DNA of 64,000 nucleotides from an uncultured Candidatus Saccharibacteria bacterium. Lineage in GTDB: Bacteria > Patescibacteriota > 4484-211 > JAGQKX01. Every line of letters begins with the position of its first letter. The first letter of the stretch is position 1. Below are positions 8,988-20,649 of the stretch, piece after piece. The stretch is from positions 285,498-349,497 of the forward strand of contig CAYMOT010000001.1 in the NCBI GenBank assembly GCA_964392315.1. The letters are read 5' to 3'. A program made the position numbers and the translations under genes. The notes below the pieces were generated by a model. That model was not told the origin of the DNA. It saw nothing but the letters and a program-made list of their open reading frames with translations, and did no database searches.

Positions 8988-10112
8988 ATGTTGGGATTTC
9001 TCAAACGTAAACAAGCGAACGATGCGTTGTTTTTGCTTGATATTGGTACACATTCCGTCAAGACTACAATTGTGCGTTTACCAAACGAACTTGAATCTAA
9101 GCCCGTGACCCTTGCCCGTGCAGAACAACCACTCCCTGAAACGGTATTGTTTGGGCGCTATTTTCATGACCTTGACCAGTTACTTGATATTGTGAACCAG
9201 ACACTTGAGCATACAGTGATTGCAAGCGGTACTGAACCAAGTCTGGTAGCTCTAGGGCTTTCAGCAAATAGTATCCAATATGTTGGTCAAACTGTGCGTA
9301 TACACCGTGACGATCCTGAGGTAGAAGTGAGCAAACGAGAGCTTGAAGAAATTCTTCAACGTGTTGAAACAGAAACAACGTCAGTTGCAAAAGAAAAAAT
9401 TGGGCTTGGAGCGGAGTGGGTGCATCTTGGTATTGCGGTAACAGATTATAAGATTGGCGGAAGCTTTGTGAAGTCTCCTTTGGGCCTGGTGGGAGAAACG
9501 GTAGACTGTACTGTATTACATGGATTCTGGGAGGAGCGAATACAAAAAAGCGTCGATGCGTTCGCAAATCAACTCAGTTTGTCTATAGATATGGTTTGGG
9601 AAACAGCGCTTGCACGTGCGCTGCGAGCTCGCGAGAATCATGAATCATGTGTCGTCGTTGATATCGGAGGAAAGGCAACTGAGTGCATTATCTTAAAGAA
9701 CCGAAGGGTTGTTGCAAATACAACAATTAATATTGGGTCTGATCTCTGGACCCAGGCAATAGCACGTGAATTAAAAATATCTGACAGTCAAGCAGAGAAG
9801 GTTAAGCGTGCTTTTCATGAAGGGGTTTTGGATCAAGAGAGATCAGCAAGTACAAAAGACGTGCTCGAGTCAGAAATCAGTACATTTATGCATCTGATAG
9901 CTGCTGCACTGCATGACACCGCTCATGAAGAACCGTTGCCTAGCGCATTATATTTTGGAGGCGAAGGTTCGAAAATTGACCTTGTTAAATCAAAAGTTAT
10001 TGCATACCCGTGGACACAAGGCGGGTTGTTCGAGGCATTCCCTCATGTAGGCCGTATCGAGGACACCTACATGAATGAGTCTCTTTATTATGGCTATACT
10101 ATACTGTCGTGA
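8988..10112 (+). CDS. Actin-like ATPase of the FtsA/PilM family
   Basis: Phosphate-1 reads LLDIGTHSVK, phosphate-2 reads VVDIGGKATE and an adenosine-type motif reads YFGGEGSKID, a fold typical of FtsA/PilM. Confidence 0.55.
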   Translation: MLGFLKRKQANDALFLLDIGTHSVKTTIVRLPNELESKPVTLARAEQPLPETVLFGRYFHDLDQLLDIVNQTLEHTVIASGTEPSLVALGLSANSIQYVGQTVRIHRDDPEVEVSKRELEEILQRVETETTSVAKEKIGLGAEWVHLGIAVTDYKIGGSFVKSPLGLVGETVDCTVLHGFWEERIQKSVDAFANQLSLSIDMVWETALARALRARENHESCVVVDIGGKATECIILKNRRVVANTTINIGSDLWTQAIARELKISDSQAEKVKRAFHEGVLDQERSASTKDVLESEISTFMHLIAAALHDTAHEEPLPSALYFGGEGSKIDLVKSKVIAYPWTQGGLFEAFPHVGRIEDTYMNESLYYGYTILS

Positions 10113-11568
10113 ACATGAAAGCTTAGCATCGCTGCTGCATAAGATCATCGAAGCTTCTGAGCAGGAGCTTGAGATTCATTGCATGCCAGCAAGTATTGTA
10201 TCTCAGAACAAGGCAAACAAGGCAGTCCTAGAGGCATTTGGCATACGTGTTGATAAGAAAATACAAGTGTCGGAGGAAGCGGTTGTCTCTGAAGAAGTGC
10301 CAAACACTACGCCCCCTCAACAGGTGGATATCCCTCCAACCGTGAGAAAGACCGTAACGGGCCGCTCGTGGAAGAAATGGTTTGTGTATCCGCGAGTGCT
10401 TATACCAATAGTAGTACTATTCTTACTTATAGGTGGTTCTCTTGCTGCATATGCATGGTACAACCTTCCACAAGCGTACATACAATTGTCGGTTTCTAAA
10501 CAAACTGTTGCAGAGAATGCGATTATCTCCCTCAGAACTGAGCAGCAGAGTATAGACCAGGAAACGATGTCTGTACCTGTCGTTGTTCAAAGTGTTGTTC
10601 AAGAAACCAGTAGAGAGTTTCCAACAACGGGTATCAAAGAAACAGGTGATAAGGCCTTAGGTTCTATAGTGGTATATAACTGGACGAACGTTTCGGTGCA
10701 GCTACCAGCTGGTCATACCTTTACGGTTAATGCGAACCAAGAAGGAGCAGGCTTCACGTTTGTTTCTCGGAAACAGGTGACTGTTCCCCCGCGCGAAGAA
10801 GTCACGAGGAGTCCCGGTGAAAAATCTACGACAGCTGGTTCTGCCACGGTAGAGGTGGAAGCGAGTGTGTTGGGAGTACAGCACAATTTACCAGCGAATC
10901 TGTTTTTTACGGTTCAAGGATATACATATAGTGATACTGGACTGCAAGGTATAAACCCCTCGGAATTTACTGGAGGTACCACAAAAGAGATAAAAGTGCT
11001 GGCTGAGCAAGATAAGGTAACTGCACGTACTGCCCTTCGTGAGACACTTGAGGCAGATGCACGAAAGGAATTGGAAGCCGAAGGGTCAGGTACTCAAAAG
11101 CTCATTCAGGAAACAATTACTGTGGAAGTGGTAAGTGAAGAGTATAGTGTTGCGATAGGTGCTGAGGCTGATACGTTTACCGCGCAAATGACCGTCCGGG
11201 TGAGTGGGCAAGTATATGACGAGGGGGATGTAGCTACCCTTTTGGAGCAGACATTGCAAAAAGTGGTGCCTGATGGGTTTATTCTTTCAGAGGATACGGT
11301 GATGCAGACTGTCAGATATCACGGTAAAACTGAAGAAGGTTTCACGCAACTTGATGTCCGTATCGAAGGTTTAGTAGTTCCGAGCATTAACATAGTGCAA
11401 CTGCAGGAAAGTCTAAAAGGCACCACCGTAGAAGAGGCCCAGACGATAATAACTGGTTTAGATCGAGTACATGAAGGAAGTGTTGTGTTACAACCTAAAC
11501 TGCCAGGTTTTCTACAGCGCCTCCCACAACGTTCTGATAGAATCACCATTACCATTTCGGAAGAGTAA
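10075..11568 (+). CDS. Hypothetical membrane-anchored protein with one N-terminal TM helix and a large extracytoplasmic domain
   Basis: The TM helix reads VLIPIVVLFLLIGGSLAAYAW and is followed by about 400 aa of beta-rich, Thr/Val-rich sequence with no recognisable motifs. The start is uncertain because it overlaps the ftsA-like 3' end. Confidence 0.35.
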   Translation: MSLFIMAILYCREHESLASLLHKIIEASEQELEIHCMPASIVSQNKANKAVLEAFGIRVDKKIQVSEEAVVSEEVPNTTPPQQVDIPPTVRKTVTGRSWKKWFVYPRVLIPIVVLFLLIGGSLAAYAWYNLPQAYIQLSVSKQTVAENAIISLRTEQQSIDQETMSVPVVVQSVVQETSREFPTTGIKETGDKALGSIVVYNWTNVSVQLPAGHTFTVNANQEGAGFTFVSRKQVTVPPREEVTRSPGEKSTTAGSATVEVEASVLGVQHNLPANLFFTVQGYTYSDTGLQGINPSEFTGGTTKEIKVLAEQDKVTARTALRETLEADARKELEAEGSGTQKLIQETITVEVVSEEYSVAIGAEADTFTAQMTVRVSGQVYDEGDVATLLEQTLQKVVPDGFILSEDTVMQTVRYHGKTEEGFTQLDVRIEGLVVPSINIVQLQESLKGTTVEEAQTIITGLDRVHEGSVVLQPKLPGFLQRLPQRSDRITITISEE

Positions 11569-11589
11569 AGATAATACATCAATAGTTTT

Positions 11590-11970
11590 ATGAATATTCT
11601 TGCTATCGATTATGGTCGTCGACGAATTGGTTTTGCGTTACGGGCAGGTATACAGGTTATTGAGCTTCCGCATCAGACATGGAAGAAAGATTTTGAACTT
11701 CATGCACTGCTCACTAAAATAATCGAAGACTATGATGTGGAGCAGGTAGTGCTTGGTATCCCACCCTACGGTCCCGTACGTGAGGAAATACAAGAACTTG
11801 GGCGTTGGATTTCACAGCGTGTGTCAGTGGTGTTACACAACGAAACCTTTTCTACAGTGCAAGCAGAACACGAATTAACGTCCGCCGCTATGCCAGCAAA
11901 AAAGCAAAAAAAGTATCGAGACAGTGTTGCAGCGCGGCTTATTTTAGAAGATTTTTTACAAACTTTATGA
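11590..11970 (+). CDS. ruvX: Holliday-junction resolvase-like / pre-16S rRNA nuclease RuvX (YqgF)
   Basis: The N-terminus reads MNILAIDYGRRRIGFAL, a YqgF/RNase H-like motif, and the length is 126 aa. Confidence 0.85.
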   Translation: MNILAIDYGRRRIGFALRAGIQVIELPHQTWKKDFELHALLTKIIEDYDVEQVVLGIPPYGPVREEIQELGRWISQRVSVVLHNETFSTVQAEHELTSAAMPAKKQKKYRDSVAARLILEDFLQTL

Positions 11971-12959
11971 TCAAGACAGTAGTAGTACTGGTCGTTTTTT
12001 TAGGAATAGCGGGTGCTTGCTCTTTATGGTTTTATAACCGAGCAATTACTACACCCTCTCAACAAGCGTCGCAGGAAGAAACGCCTTTTGTGATTGAGAA
12101 GGGGGATGTGGTTTCCACTATTGGCGCGCGGTTAGAGGAGGGTGGGTTTATTTCCTCTGCAACAATATTTCGGCTATATGCTAAGTTAAATCCTCACAAG
12201 GCACAATCGATACAAGCAGGTGCCTATTCTATACCTCCAAATCAGTCAATCGTAACGTTGTTTGAACTCTTTCAAAATGGTTCATTTGTGATGCGTCTAC
12301 GGCTCATTGAAGGCTGGCGGCGTGAACAGATGGCGGAATATGTCGCAAACGAGCTAGGACAAGCATTTGGAGAGCAGTTTCTCGCTGCTACCAAAGAGGA
12401 TGAGGGCCGATTATTCCCGGACACCTATATTGTCGAAAAAACGATAACCCCTCAGGAACTACGTGATATGCTGGTCACTACTTTTGAGCAAAAACTTACA
12501 CTGGATCGTCGAGAACAACTTCGGCAGCAAGGCATAACACAGCAGCAGCTGCTTATACTTGCATCCATAGTGGAGCGTGAAGTTGTCACAATGGACGATA
12601 GAAAAATCGTGGCAGGAATCCTTCTGAAGCGTTGGCGGAACAATTGGATGCTTGGTGCTGATGCGACAACACAGTATGCCGTAGCAACAACACAGTGCGT
12701 GTTGTTTACACAATGTGCGTGGTGGCCAAAAAGCCTTACATTTGAGGACCTCTCCCTGGATTCACCATTTAACACAAGGAGGGTGACGGGACTACCACCA
12801 GGTCCGATTGCTAATCCTGGTTTAGGTGCTATTGATGCGGTGCTTGGATATGTCGAGTCGCCCTATTGGTACTATCTTTCAGATGCCGAAGGCAATACGC
12901 ATTTTGCTGAGACACTTGAGCAGCATAATCTAAACATTGCCTCGTATATAAATACCTAA
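11967..12959 (+). CDS. mltG: Endolytic murein transglycosylase MltG (YceG-like)
   Basis: It has an N-terminal TM helix and YceG motifs (RRVTGLPPGPIANPGLGAID; LLKRWRNNWMLGADAT). Its ATG overlaps the ruvX TGA as ATGA. The track ORF starting at 11805 is a 5' over-extension. Confidence 0.85.
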   Translation: MIKTVVVLVVFLGIAGACSLWFYNRAITTPSQQASQEETPFVIEKGDVVSTIGARLEEGGFISSATIFRLYAKLNPHKAQSIQAGAYSIPPNQSIVTLFELFQNGSFVMRLRLIEGWRREQMAEYVANELGQAFGEQFLAATKEDEGRLFPDTYIVEKTITPQELRDMLVTTFEQKLTLDRREQLRQQGITQQQLLILASIVEREVVTMDDRKIVAGILLKRWRNNWMLGADATTQYAVATTQCVLFTQCAWWPKSLTFEDLSLDSPFNTRRVTGLPPGPIANPGLGAIDAVLGYVESPYWYYLSDAEGNTHFAETLEQHNLNIASYINT

Positions 12960-13078
12960 GCCTCTCTTTCGTACATTGTTGCAATATTTGCCTCTTGCGT
13001 AGGAAAAAATCGCATGATATTGTATGGGAGCCGCGGTTATGATCAGTGTGCTTGGAATGCGAAAATCATACCTACCAC

Positions 13079-13107
13079 TTGACAGGTGTGGTAGTATCAT
13101 CTATACG
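13079..13107 (+). promoter_or_regulatory. Candidate sigma70-type promoter: TTGACA, 17-nt spacer, TATACG
   Basis: A consensus -35 TTGACA at 13079-13084 and a weak -10 TATACG at 13102-13107, about 75 nt upstream of rpoB. Confidence 0.25.
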
Positions 13108-13116
13108 TACGATATA

Positions 13117-13155
13117 CCTCTACAGTTAGTTGGGATGTAGAGGTCTTTTCTTGTT
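13117..13155 (+). terminator. Intrinsic-terminator-like hairpin plus T-tract 25 nt upstream of rpoB. It is either the mltG terminator or an rpoB leader attenuator.
   Basis: A perfect 8-bp stem CCTCTACA / TGTAGAGG at 13117-13124 and 13136-13143 with an 11-nt loop, followed by TCTTTTCTTGTT. Confidence 0.45.
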
Positions 13156-13182
13156 ACGTGGCTATTCGGAGCTTTTTGTCTT

Positions 13183-16100
13183 ATGCATACTCCTATTCAA
13201 CGAATTAATTTAGGTCAGGCATCGAAAACATCGCCTGTTGAGTTTCCAAATTTTGCCGCATTACAGCAGGATTCGTTTAAAGAATTTCTCGAAAAACGAG
13301 TAGTTGAGGCTGTAACAGAAGTGATACCCATTTTAGATTATACTGAACAGGCATATAGGCTTGAATTATCAGACTTTGAGTTCGAGATGCCGAAGATTTC
13401 TCCAGAGGAAGCAGTAATAAAAGGTATTTCATATGCATTCTCTATTTACGCAAAAGCAACACTCCATGATTTGCAGGCAGGTACGAAAGAAACACAAAAA
13501 GTGTTTTTAGGGGACGTCCCACACATGAGTGCACGGGGGACATTTGTGGTTAACGGCAACGAACGTGTTGTTGTAAGCCAACTTACCCGGTCAGCGGGTG
13601 TGTTTTTTGAAGACGTTTTTGATGCTCGTGTAGGCAAGAATCTTTATACTGCCGCAATACGCCCGGAACGTGGTGCATGGATTGAATTTGAGATTGATCG
13701 GCACGAGACTGTTTGGGTGCGTATAAACCGGGGTCGTAAGATTAATGCAGTTGCTTTTCTTCGCGCGTTTGATATTCCTACAAAAATTATTCAGGATGTA
13801 TTTAATGAGGTAGCAAAAGAGGTTGGAAATGACACCATTCGTGAAATTTATGCAAATACCGCTGCCGAAACTGATGTCATAAGCCAAAACGAGGCATTTT
13901 TGGATATTTACGCTCGGATGAGGCCTGGCGATCCCAGGATTCTGGAAAACGCAAAAGAATACTTTGAAGATTTGTTCACAAACACCAGACGTTTTAGCTT
14001 GGGCAACGTAGGTAGGTATAAGCTCAATCGTAGGCTTGGCTTGGAAACACCAGAAACTGCAGAATATTTTGCTCTCCAAAAGCATGATTTGACCGCAACC
14101 TTAAAGGAGCTCATTAGAATGTACGCAGTTCAATCAGCTGGGGACGATATAGATCACCTCGGCAATCGTCGGGTCAGGCTTGTTGGTGAGATTGTAGAAC
14201 AGAGCTTTAGAATTGGGTTGAGTAGGCTTGAGAAATTAGTTCGAGAGCGGCTCTCCAGTGGGTCTGTTCCGGGAAAGCAGCTTTCTCCTACAGGCTTAGT
14301 GAATGCACGGGTGATTATGGCTGCGCTAAATGAGTTTTTTGGAAGTAGTCAGTTATCGCAGTTTTTGCAGCAAACTAATCCACTATCAGAGTTGGAGCAT
14401 CTCCGCACTATTACTGCAACCGGTCCTGGCGGTCTATCGCGGGAGCGTGCAGGTCCTGCAGTGCGTGATGTGAAGCCGTCTCACTATGCAAAGGTCGATT
14501 CTATTATGACGCCAGAAGGTCAAAACATTGGTCTTAACCTGCACTTTGCGACGCTTGCGCGTGTCAATTCCTACGGATTCTTGGAGGCTCCATATCGTAA
14601 AGTGGAGCAAAAAAAAGATGGTGCGTATGTTACCGATGAAATCGTGTATCTGGATGGTATTGACGAGGAGAAGTTCAGGATTGCAGAGGCAACGGTGGCG
14701 GTTGATCAAAAAGGAAAGATCACTGAAGGTCGAGTGTCGGTTCGGTACAACGGAACATTCATAGCAGTCCAACCTGCGATGGTTGATTATGTTGATGCGC
14801 ATCCATCCCAAATGGTCGGAACATCCGCTTCAAGTATCCCCTTTCTCTCTTCTGATGTTGGCGCACGTGCACTCATTGCGTCAAACATGTCAAAACAAGC
14901 AGTGCCACTCATTAATCCAACCCCAGCTCGTGTAGGCACCGGTATTGAACATAATATTATCCGAGATAGCGGTAGGTCAGTGATCGCAAAGAATAGTGGA
15001 GAGGTTCTGTATGTTGATGGATCAAAAATAATCGTTAATACAGGTAAAGGTGTTGACTCGTATGAGCTCATGAAGTTTGCTCGTACAAATAGCAATACCT
15101 GTTTTAACCAGACACCTCGTGTTAAAGTAGGCCAAAAGGTCAAAGCCGGGGAGGCGCTAACGGATGGACCGTCGAATGTTGGAGGAGAAATGTCTCTTGG
15201 ACGAGATCTCATCATTGCGTTTGTGCCATGGGATGGATACACCTATGACGACTCGATCATGCTTTCGGAGGAAGTTCTCAAAAAAGATCTCCTCACCTCA
15301 ATTCACATAAAAGAGTATGAAGTGCAGGTTATGGATACCAAGCTGGGGCCAGAGGAGATTACCTTTGATATTCCAAACGTCTCGGAAGAAGTCCTCCGCA
15401 ATCTGGACGAGGAAGGTCTCATTGTAATCGGCGCTGAGGTTGGGCCGGGTGATATCCTTGTCGGAAAGATTGCACCAAAGGGTGTGACAGAGCTAACCCC
15501 TGAAGAGCGGTTGCTCCGTGCGGTATTTGGAGAAAAATCGCGTGAGGTTCGTGATACATCACTCCGTGTTGCACATGGAGATAGCGGGAAAGTGATAGAT
15601 ATACAACGGTTGTCAAAGAGTAAGGGGGATAAATTGGGACCGGGAGTCTTGGAAGTTATAAAAGTAAAGGTTGCGCAAATGGCAAAAATTGAAGTAGGAG
15701 ACAAAATTGCAGGGAAGCACGCATCAAAAGGTGTCATTGCCCGAATATTCGCAGAAGAAGATATGCCATACATGGAGGATGGTACTCCGGTTCAAATTTG
15801 TGTAAACCCAATTTCAATCCTGCAGCGTATGAACATGGGGCAAGTGTTGGAAGCGCACCTAGGGTGGGTTGGGAAGCATCTTGATACCTACTATGCGGTC
15901 CCCGCTTTTGATAAAGTACCACTTGAGACGTTGACCGAGTTATTTAAAGAGGCTGGACTAGAAACCTCAGGGAAAGTAAAATTGTACGACGGCCGCACGG
16001 GTAAAGAATTAAAGAATGCAGTAGCCGTGGGCTATGCACAAATCATGAAGCTGCATCACTTAGTGAAAGATAAGATGCATGCCCGTTCGACCGGCCCATA

Positions 16101-16434
16101 TAGTTTGGTAACTCAGCAGCCCCTTGGTGGTAAATCCCAAATGGGTGGACAACGATTGGGAGAAATGGAAGTATGGGCGCTTGAGGCACATGGTGCTGCG
16201 CATATGTTGCAAGAAATGCTGACGATCAAGTCCGACGATGTGCGTGGAAGGTCAAAGGCATTTGAGGCAATTATTAAAGGTATTCCGGTTCCAGAAGCAC
16301 GGTTACCCGAAGCGTTTAAATTGTTGGTGAAAGAACTTAATGCGCTGGGGTTGGATATTGAAACAATTAAAGAGATGAATGGTAAAACCGAAGTGGTGGA
16401 TACGTCTGAATTAGCAGACGATACCGATGAATAA
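13183..16434 (+). CDS. rpoB: DNA-directed RNA polymerase beta subunit
   Basis: A 1083-aa protein with signature Rpb2/beta segments ([49 protein letters not shown]). Confidence 0.97.
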   Translation: MHTPIQRINLGQASKTSPVEFPNFAALQQDSFKEFLEKRVVEAVTEVIPILDYTEQAYRLELSDFEFEMPKISPEEAVIKGISYAFSIYAKATLHDLQAGTKETQKVFLGDVPHMSARGTFVVNGNERVVVSQLTRSAGVFFEDVFDARVGKNLYTAAIRPERGAWIEFEIDRHETVWVRINRGRKINAVAFLRAFDIPTKIIQDVFNEVAKEVGNDTIREIYANTAAETDVISQNEAFLDIYARMRPGDPRILENAKEYFEDLFTNTRRFSLGNVGRYKLNRRLGLETPETAEYFALQKHDLTATLKELIRMYAVQSAGDDIDHLGNRRVRLVGEIVEQSFRIGLSRLEKLVRERLSSGSVPGKQLSPTGLVNARVIMAALNEFFGSSQLSQFLQQTNPLSELEHLRTITATGPGGLSRERAGPAVRDVKPSHYAKVDSIMTPEGQNIGLNLHFATLARVNSYGFLEAPYRKVEQKKDGAYVTDEIVYLDGIDEEKFRIAEATVAVDQKGKITEGRVSVRYNGTFIAVQPAMVDYVDAHPSQMVGTSASSIPFLSSDVGARALIASNMSKQAVPLINPTPARVGTGIEHNIIRDSGRSVIAKNSGEVLYVDGSKIIVNTGKGVDSYELMKFARTNSNTCFNQTPRVKVGQKVKAGEALTDGPSNVGGEMSLGRDLIIAFVPWDGYTYDDSIMLSEEVLKKDLLTSIHIKEYEVQVMDTKLGPEEITFDIPNVSEEVLRNLDEEGLIVIGAEVGPGDILVGKIAPKGVTELTPEERLLRAVFGEKSREVRDTSLRVAHGDSGKVIDIQRLSKSKGDKLGPGVLEVIKVKVAQMAKIEVGDKIAGKHASKGVIARIFAEEDMPYMEDGTPVQICVNPISILQRMNMGQVLEAHLGWVGKHLDTYYAVPAFDKVPLETLTELFKEAGLETSGKVKLYDGRTGKELKNAVAVGYAQIMKLHHLVKDKMHARSTGPYSLVTQQPLGGKSQMGGQRLGEMEVWALEAHGAAHMLQEMLTIKSDDVRGRSKAFEAIIKGIPVPEARLPEAFKLLVKELNALGLDIETIKEMNGKTEVVDTSELADDTDE

Positions 16435-19400
16435 TATGAAGGGATACAATGACTTTAACGCACTAAAAATCAGTCTCGCATCACCTGACGAAATCAAAGC
16501 ATGGTCGTATGGTGAAGTGCTCGAACCTGAAACGATCAACTACCGAACACTCAAGCCGGAAAAAGATGGGTTGTTTTCAGAAAGTATTTTCGGGCCAACA
16601 AAGGATTATGAGTGTTATTGTGGTAAGTATAAGCGTGTTCGATATAAGGGTGTTGTGTGCGACAAGTGTGGTGTTGAAGTGACCTTATCTCGTGTACGCC
16701 GTGAAAGAATGGGGCACATTGAGCTTGCATCGCCGGTAGCACATACCTGGTACTTTAGACGTTCCCCAAATATCTTGTCTCTCATTTTAGATGTTGCCCC
16801 TAAGACACTCGAGCGTGTTATTTATTTTGTAGATTATTTAGTGGTCGGACTTGATGAGGAGAAAAAGAAGGAAGTATTAGACTCCTTAGATAGCAGACGT
16901 GTTGAACGAAAGAAAGAAATTGAAGACGCAGCAAATCAGGAGATCACAAGTCTCACAGAAGCTAAGGATGCAAAGGTCGCAGAAATTACATCCGGAAACA
17001 AGAAACTCACCGAGGCAAGCGAGATGAAGGTACAAGATATAGAAAATAATACACGACGTGAAATACTAATCCTTCGGCAGGATCTCGTTGTCCAACTTGA
17101 GGAATTAGAACAATCCTTTGGTGAGATTCATAAGTTGATTCAGGATATCAACGTGTTGTCAGTGGTGACAGAAGTAGATTTGGCACAGTTGGAGTTTTGG
17201 GGAATCTATGATCCATTTGCGGTAACCGACGATGTGAATATTGCGGGATTTGTACAACTGAAAATGGGGGCTGAGGCTGTGCTTGAAGCATTAGAAGGGA
17301 TCGATACCGAGAAAGAGATAGCCAGATTAGAGAAACAGGCTGAAACAACCTCATCGAAGGTACGACGACAAAAAATAATACGACGGCTTCGTGCGCTTCG
17401 TGGATTCCATGAAGCAAAAATTAAACCAGAATGGCTTGTCTTAACTGTTCTGCCTGTTATCCCACCTGAGTTACGACCTATGGTACAGCTACCAGGAGGG
17501 CGTTTTGCGACGTCTGATCTTAATGACCTCTATCGCAGGGTAATAAACAGAAATAATCGTCTTAAAGAGCTTATTCACCTTGGTGCTCCTCAAATCATTC
17601 TACAAAACGAAAAGCGAATGCTCCAGGAGGCTGTTGATTCACTGGTTGAAGGGAGTCGGAACAAGAATCCACGCGCCAGAAAACAATATCGAAGCCTATC
17701 CGATATGCTCAGCGGTAAGCAGGGGCGGTTCCGTCAAAACTTACTTGGTAAGCGAGTTGACTACTCTGGACGGAGTGTTATCGTGGTTGGGCCAAACTTG
17801 CGTCTCGATCAAGTAGGAATTCCAAAAGAGATGGCGCTAGAGTTATTCAAGCCGTTTGTACTTCGAGAAATTATTATGAAAGGTTACGCCCCAAATCTTA
17901 AGAGCGCAAAAAATGTTCTCGAGGATCGAGGGGACGAGGTATGGGATATCCTTGAAGAAGTGACCATAAATCATCCGGTATTGTTAAATCGTGCTCCGAC
18001 GCTTCATCGACAAAACATCCAAGCATTTTTCCCGGTTCTCATTGAAGGGCGTGCCATCCAACTACATCCAGCAGTGACCAATGGATATAATGCTGACTTT
18101 GATGGTGACCAGATGGCAGTGCACGTGCCATTGTCGCAGCAGGCGATTGAAGAGGCGAGAAGCCAAATGACTGCAAGTAAGAATTTATTTAAGCTTGCGG
18201 ATACGGTGCCCATTATAGACATGAAGCTTGAGATCACACTCGGATTGTTCTATCTCACTGAAATCTTTGATGGAGAAAAGGGAGAAGGATCTAAATTTTA
18301 TCGCAAAGAAGATGCGATCACCGCTCTCCAGAAGGAAGCTATCACTCACCAGGCACGCATTACCGTATATCTCAATGGTGAATGGGTAGAAACCTCAGTA
18401 GGGCGTCTACTCTTTAACGAAATAGTACCTGAAGGACTTGGGTATATCAACGAACCAATAACTCGTGGTGCTATGCGCCAGCTTGTGTCCCGGTCAATGG
18501 AAGAAATCGGAATAGATGAAACGGTACGGCTTATCGATGCGCTCAAGCACCTTGGGAAAATCCACTCGACGACGCCGGGGATCTCGTTTTCAGTATTTGA
18601 TTTTGAAGTTCCTGCTCAAAAGGAAGCACTTATACAGGACGCGTATAAGAAATTGGAGGAAATCGATAAAAACTATCAACGTGGTCTTATGACTGAGCGA
18701 GAACGGTATCGTCAGACGATTAGCATTTGGGAAGAAGTACAAGGGACGATTACAGATGTAGCGGTTGAACGATTAGATCCGTTTAGTCCAATAGGAATGA
18801 TTATTCGCTCAAAAGGCTCTAAAGCAAATCCAGATATTCTGCGTCAGGTTGAAGCAATGCGTGGAATGATGACTGATTCAGCAGGAAGAATTCTTGAAAC
18901 ACCTATCAAATCAAGTGTTATCGAGGGCTCGTCATCTTTCGAGGGATTCCTAGGGGCGATCGGTGGACGAAAAGGGCTTATTGATACAGCACTCCTTACT
19001 GCAAGTGCAGGATATCTCACCCGTCGCCTTGTCGACGTTGCCCATGATGTACTCATTACAGAGGAGGATTGTGGAACAAATGATCATATTATCATTCGGG
19101 AGACGCATGATGTAGATGATTGGCCTATACGTGAGCGCATTTTTGGACGAACCCTTGCTGAGGCAGTGAAACACCCCAAGACAGAAGAAGTAATAGCAAA
19201 GAAGGGACAGATGATCGATCGTGTGCTTGCACAAACTATCGTAGATGCAGGAGTTGAACAGATTGCGGTATTCAGTCTGCTTACCTGTCAAGCGGATGAT
19301 GGGGTTTGTGCAAAATGTTACGGGGCAGATCCTGGAAATCAGTTACCTGTGGAGATCGGTACAGCAGTAGGCATTATTGCTGCACAATCCATTGGAGAGC

Positions 19401-20200
19401 CAGGCACGCAGTTAACGCTTCGAACCTTCCACGTGTCTGGTGCAGCGCAAAAGGGTGAAATAATCACCCAAGGTTTGCCACGCGCAGAAGAGCTTATGGA
19501 GACCAGAACTCCGAAACAGCCAGCAGTACTTTCTGACATATCAGGTAAAGTTTCCGTCCTTGAAGAAGGAGACGATTACATCGTCACCGTCACTGCTGTG
19601 GAAAAAATTGATGGAAAAAGCGTGAAAGATGAACGAGATTACCGTGTGCCGAACACCATGGAGCTTTCAGTGAAAGATAATGATGTTGTAGAGGCAGGAG
19701 ATCGGTTAACTGTTGGAAGCATGGATCTTGATGAAGTACTCGAGTTCAAAGGACTATTGACAGCGCAATTGTATCTTCTCAAAGAATTACAACGTGTGTA
19801 CAAAAACCAAGGTGTCGTTATTCATGATAAACACATAGAAATTATTATCAGAAAGATGAGCAGTCGTCTTAAGGTAGTTGATCCCGGAACAAGTGATTTC
19901 TTACCTGGCGAGTTTATCACCCAAGACGCTTTTACACAGGCACAGCAAAAAATAAAAGAGAAGGGTGGCACACCTATTAAGGCAAATAAAACTCTTTTGG
20001 GTATTTCCCGCACTTCGTTGCTCACGGACTCTTGGCTCTCTGCAGCTTCATTTATCCAAACAACGAATGTGCTCTCTCAGGCTGCGGTGAATTGGCGTCC
20101 ACAAGTTGACCGCCTCAAGGGCTTGAAGGAAAACGTGATCATCGGAAAACTCATTCCCACCAAAGAGTCGATTGTTACCCATGACGAAATGCATGAATAG
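16427..20200 (+). CDS. rpoC: DNA-directed RNA polymerase beta' subunit
   Basis: A 1257-aa protein with the zinc motif [23 protein letters not shown], the catalytic [14 protein letters not shown] loop, and bridge-helix and trigger-loop segments. Its start overlaps the rpoB stop. Confidence 0.97.
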   Translation: MNNMKGYNDFNALKISLASPDEIKAWSYGEVLEPETINYRTLKPEKDGLFSESIFGPTKDYECYCGKYKRVRYKGVVCDKCGVEVTLSRVRRERMGHIELASPVAHTWYFRRSPNILSLILDVAPKTLERVIYFVDYLVVGLDEEKKKEVLDSLDSRRVERKKEIEDAANQEITSLTEAKDAKVAEITSGNKKLTEASEMKVQDIENNTRREILILRQDLVVQLEELEQSFGEIHKLIQDINVLSVVTEVDLAQLEFWGIYDPFAVTDDVNIAGFVQLKMGAEAVLEALEGIDTEKEIARLEKQAETTSSKVRRQKIIRRLRALRGFHEAKIKPEWLVLTVLPVIPPELRPMVQLPGGRFATSDLNDLYRRVINRNNRLKELIHLGAPQIILQNEKRMLQEAVDSLVEGSRNKNPRARKQYRSLSDMLSGKQGRFRQNLLGKRVDYSGRSVIVVGPNLRLDQVGIPKEMALELFKPFVLREIIMKGYAPNLKSAKNVLEDRGDEVWDILEEVTINHPVLLNRAPTLHRQNIQAFFPVLIEGRAIQLHPAVTNGYNADFDGDQMAVHVPLSQQAIEEARSQMTASKNLFKLADTVPIIDMKLEITLGLFYLTEIFDGEKGEGSKFYRKEDAITALQKEAITHQARITVYLNGEWVETSVGRLLFNEIVPEGLGYINEPITRGAMRQLVSRSMEEIGIDETVRLIDALKHLGKIHSTTPGISFSVFDFEVPAQKEALIQDAYKKLEEIDKNYQRGLMTERERYRQTISIWEEVQGTITDVAVERLDPFSPIGMIIRSKGSKANPDILRQVEAMRGMMTDSAGRILETPIKSSVIEGSSSFEGFLGAIGGRKGLIDTALLTASAGYLTRRLVDVAHDVLITEEDCGTNDHIIIRETHDVDDWPIRERIFGRTLAEAVKHPKTEEVIAKKGQMIDRVLAQTIVDAGVEQIAVFSLLTCQADDGVCAKCYGADPGNQLPVEIGTAVGIIAAQSIGEPGTQLTLRTFHVSGAAQKGEIITQGLPRAEELMETRTPKQPAVLSDISGKVSVLEEGDDYIVTVTAVEKIDGKSVKDERDYRVPNTMELSVKDNDVVEAGDRLTVGSMDLDEVLEFKGLLTAQLYLLKELQRVYKNQGVVIHDKHIEIIIRKMSSRLKVVDPGTSDFLPGEFITQDAFTQAQQKIKEKGGTPIKANKTLLGISRTSLLTDSWLSAASFIQTTNVLSQAAVNWRPQVDRLKGLKENVIIGKLIPTKESIVTHDEMHE

Positions 20201-20208
20201 TGTATAAT
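20201..20208 (+). promoter_or_regulatory. Extended -10 element TGTATAAT, 9 nt upstream of the rpsL ATG
   Basis: tgtataat spans 20201-20208, immediately after the rpoC stop. No Shine-Dalgarno sequence precedes the rpsL ATG at 20218. Confidence 0.3.
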
Positions 20209-20217
20209 GAGCACGCT

Positions 20218-20631
20218 ATGCCGACCATTAACCAACTCGTCCGATATGGACGTATGCAAAAGAATAAAAAAGTAAAGTCAACCGCGTTGCGGGGCACATG
20301 GAATTCGTTACACAGGAAAACCACACCAACAAAAAACCCCTTCAAGCGTGGTGTCTGTATTCAAGTAAAGACGATGACGCCAAAGAAGCCAAACTCAGCT
20401 TTGCGAAAGGTTGCACGTGTTCGCTTGAGTAATCGAAAAGAGATCACCGCATATATTCAAGGTGAAGGTCACAACTTACAGGAGCATAGTATCGTACTCG
20501 TGCGAGGAGGGCGTGTGCGTGACCTTCCGGGAGTAAAATATCATATTGTCCGGGGGGCACTAGATACAGGTGGTGTAGAAAAGCGAGTCTCTAGTCGAAG
20601 TAAATATGGTGCAAAACGCGCAAAAAAGTAA
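20218..20631 (+). CDS. rpsL: 30S ribosomal protein S12, with an insertion of about 11 aa in the N-terminal extension
   Basis: The sequence reads MPTINQLVR ... [28 protein letters not shown] ... [35 protein letters not shown]. The start was moved from the track's 20200 to ATG 20218. Confidence 0.93.
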   Translation: MPTINQLVRYGRMQKNKKVKSTALRGTWNSLHRKTTPTKNPFKRGVCIQVKTMTPKKPNSALRKVARVRLSNRKEITAYIQGEGHNLQEHSIVLVRGGRVRDLPGVKYHIVRGALDTGGVEKRVSSRSKYGAKRAKK

Positions 20632-20649
20632 AGTTAATACATATCTTCT

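Noticed and set aside
11805-11966. A 5' extension of the mltG ORF from ATG 11805
   Set aside because: It overlaps 166 nt of ruvX in another frame. The YceG TM helix and the ATGA-coupled start at 11967 fit far better.
13446-20259. Numerous antisense and alternate-frame ORFs of 60-160 aa inside rpoB and rpoC
   Set aside because: They are embedded in highly conserved coding sequence on the other strand or frame. They have no motifs and are typical six-frame noise.
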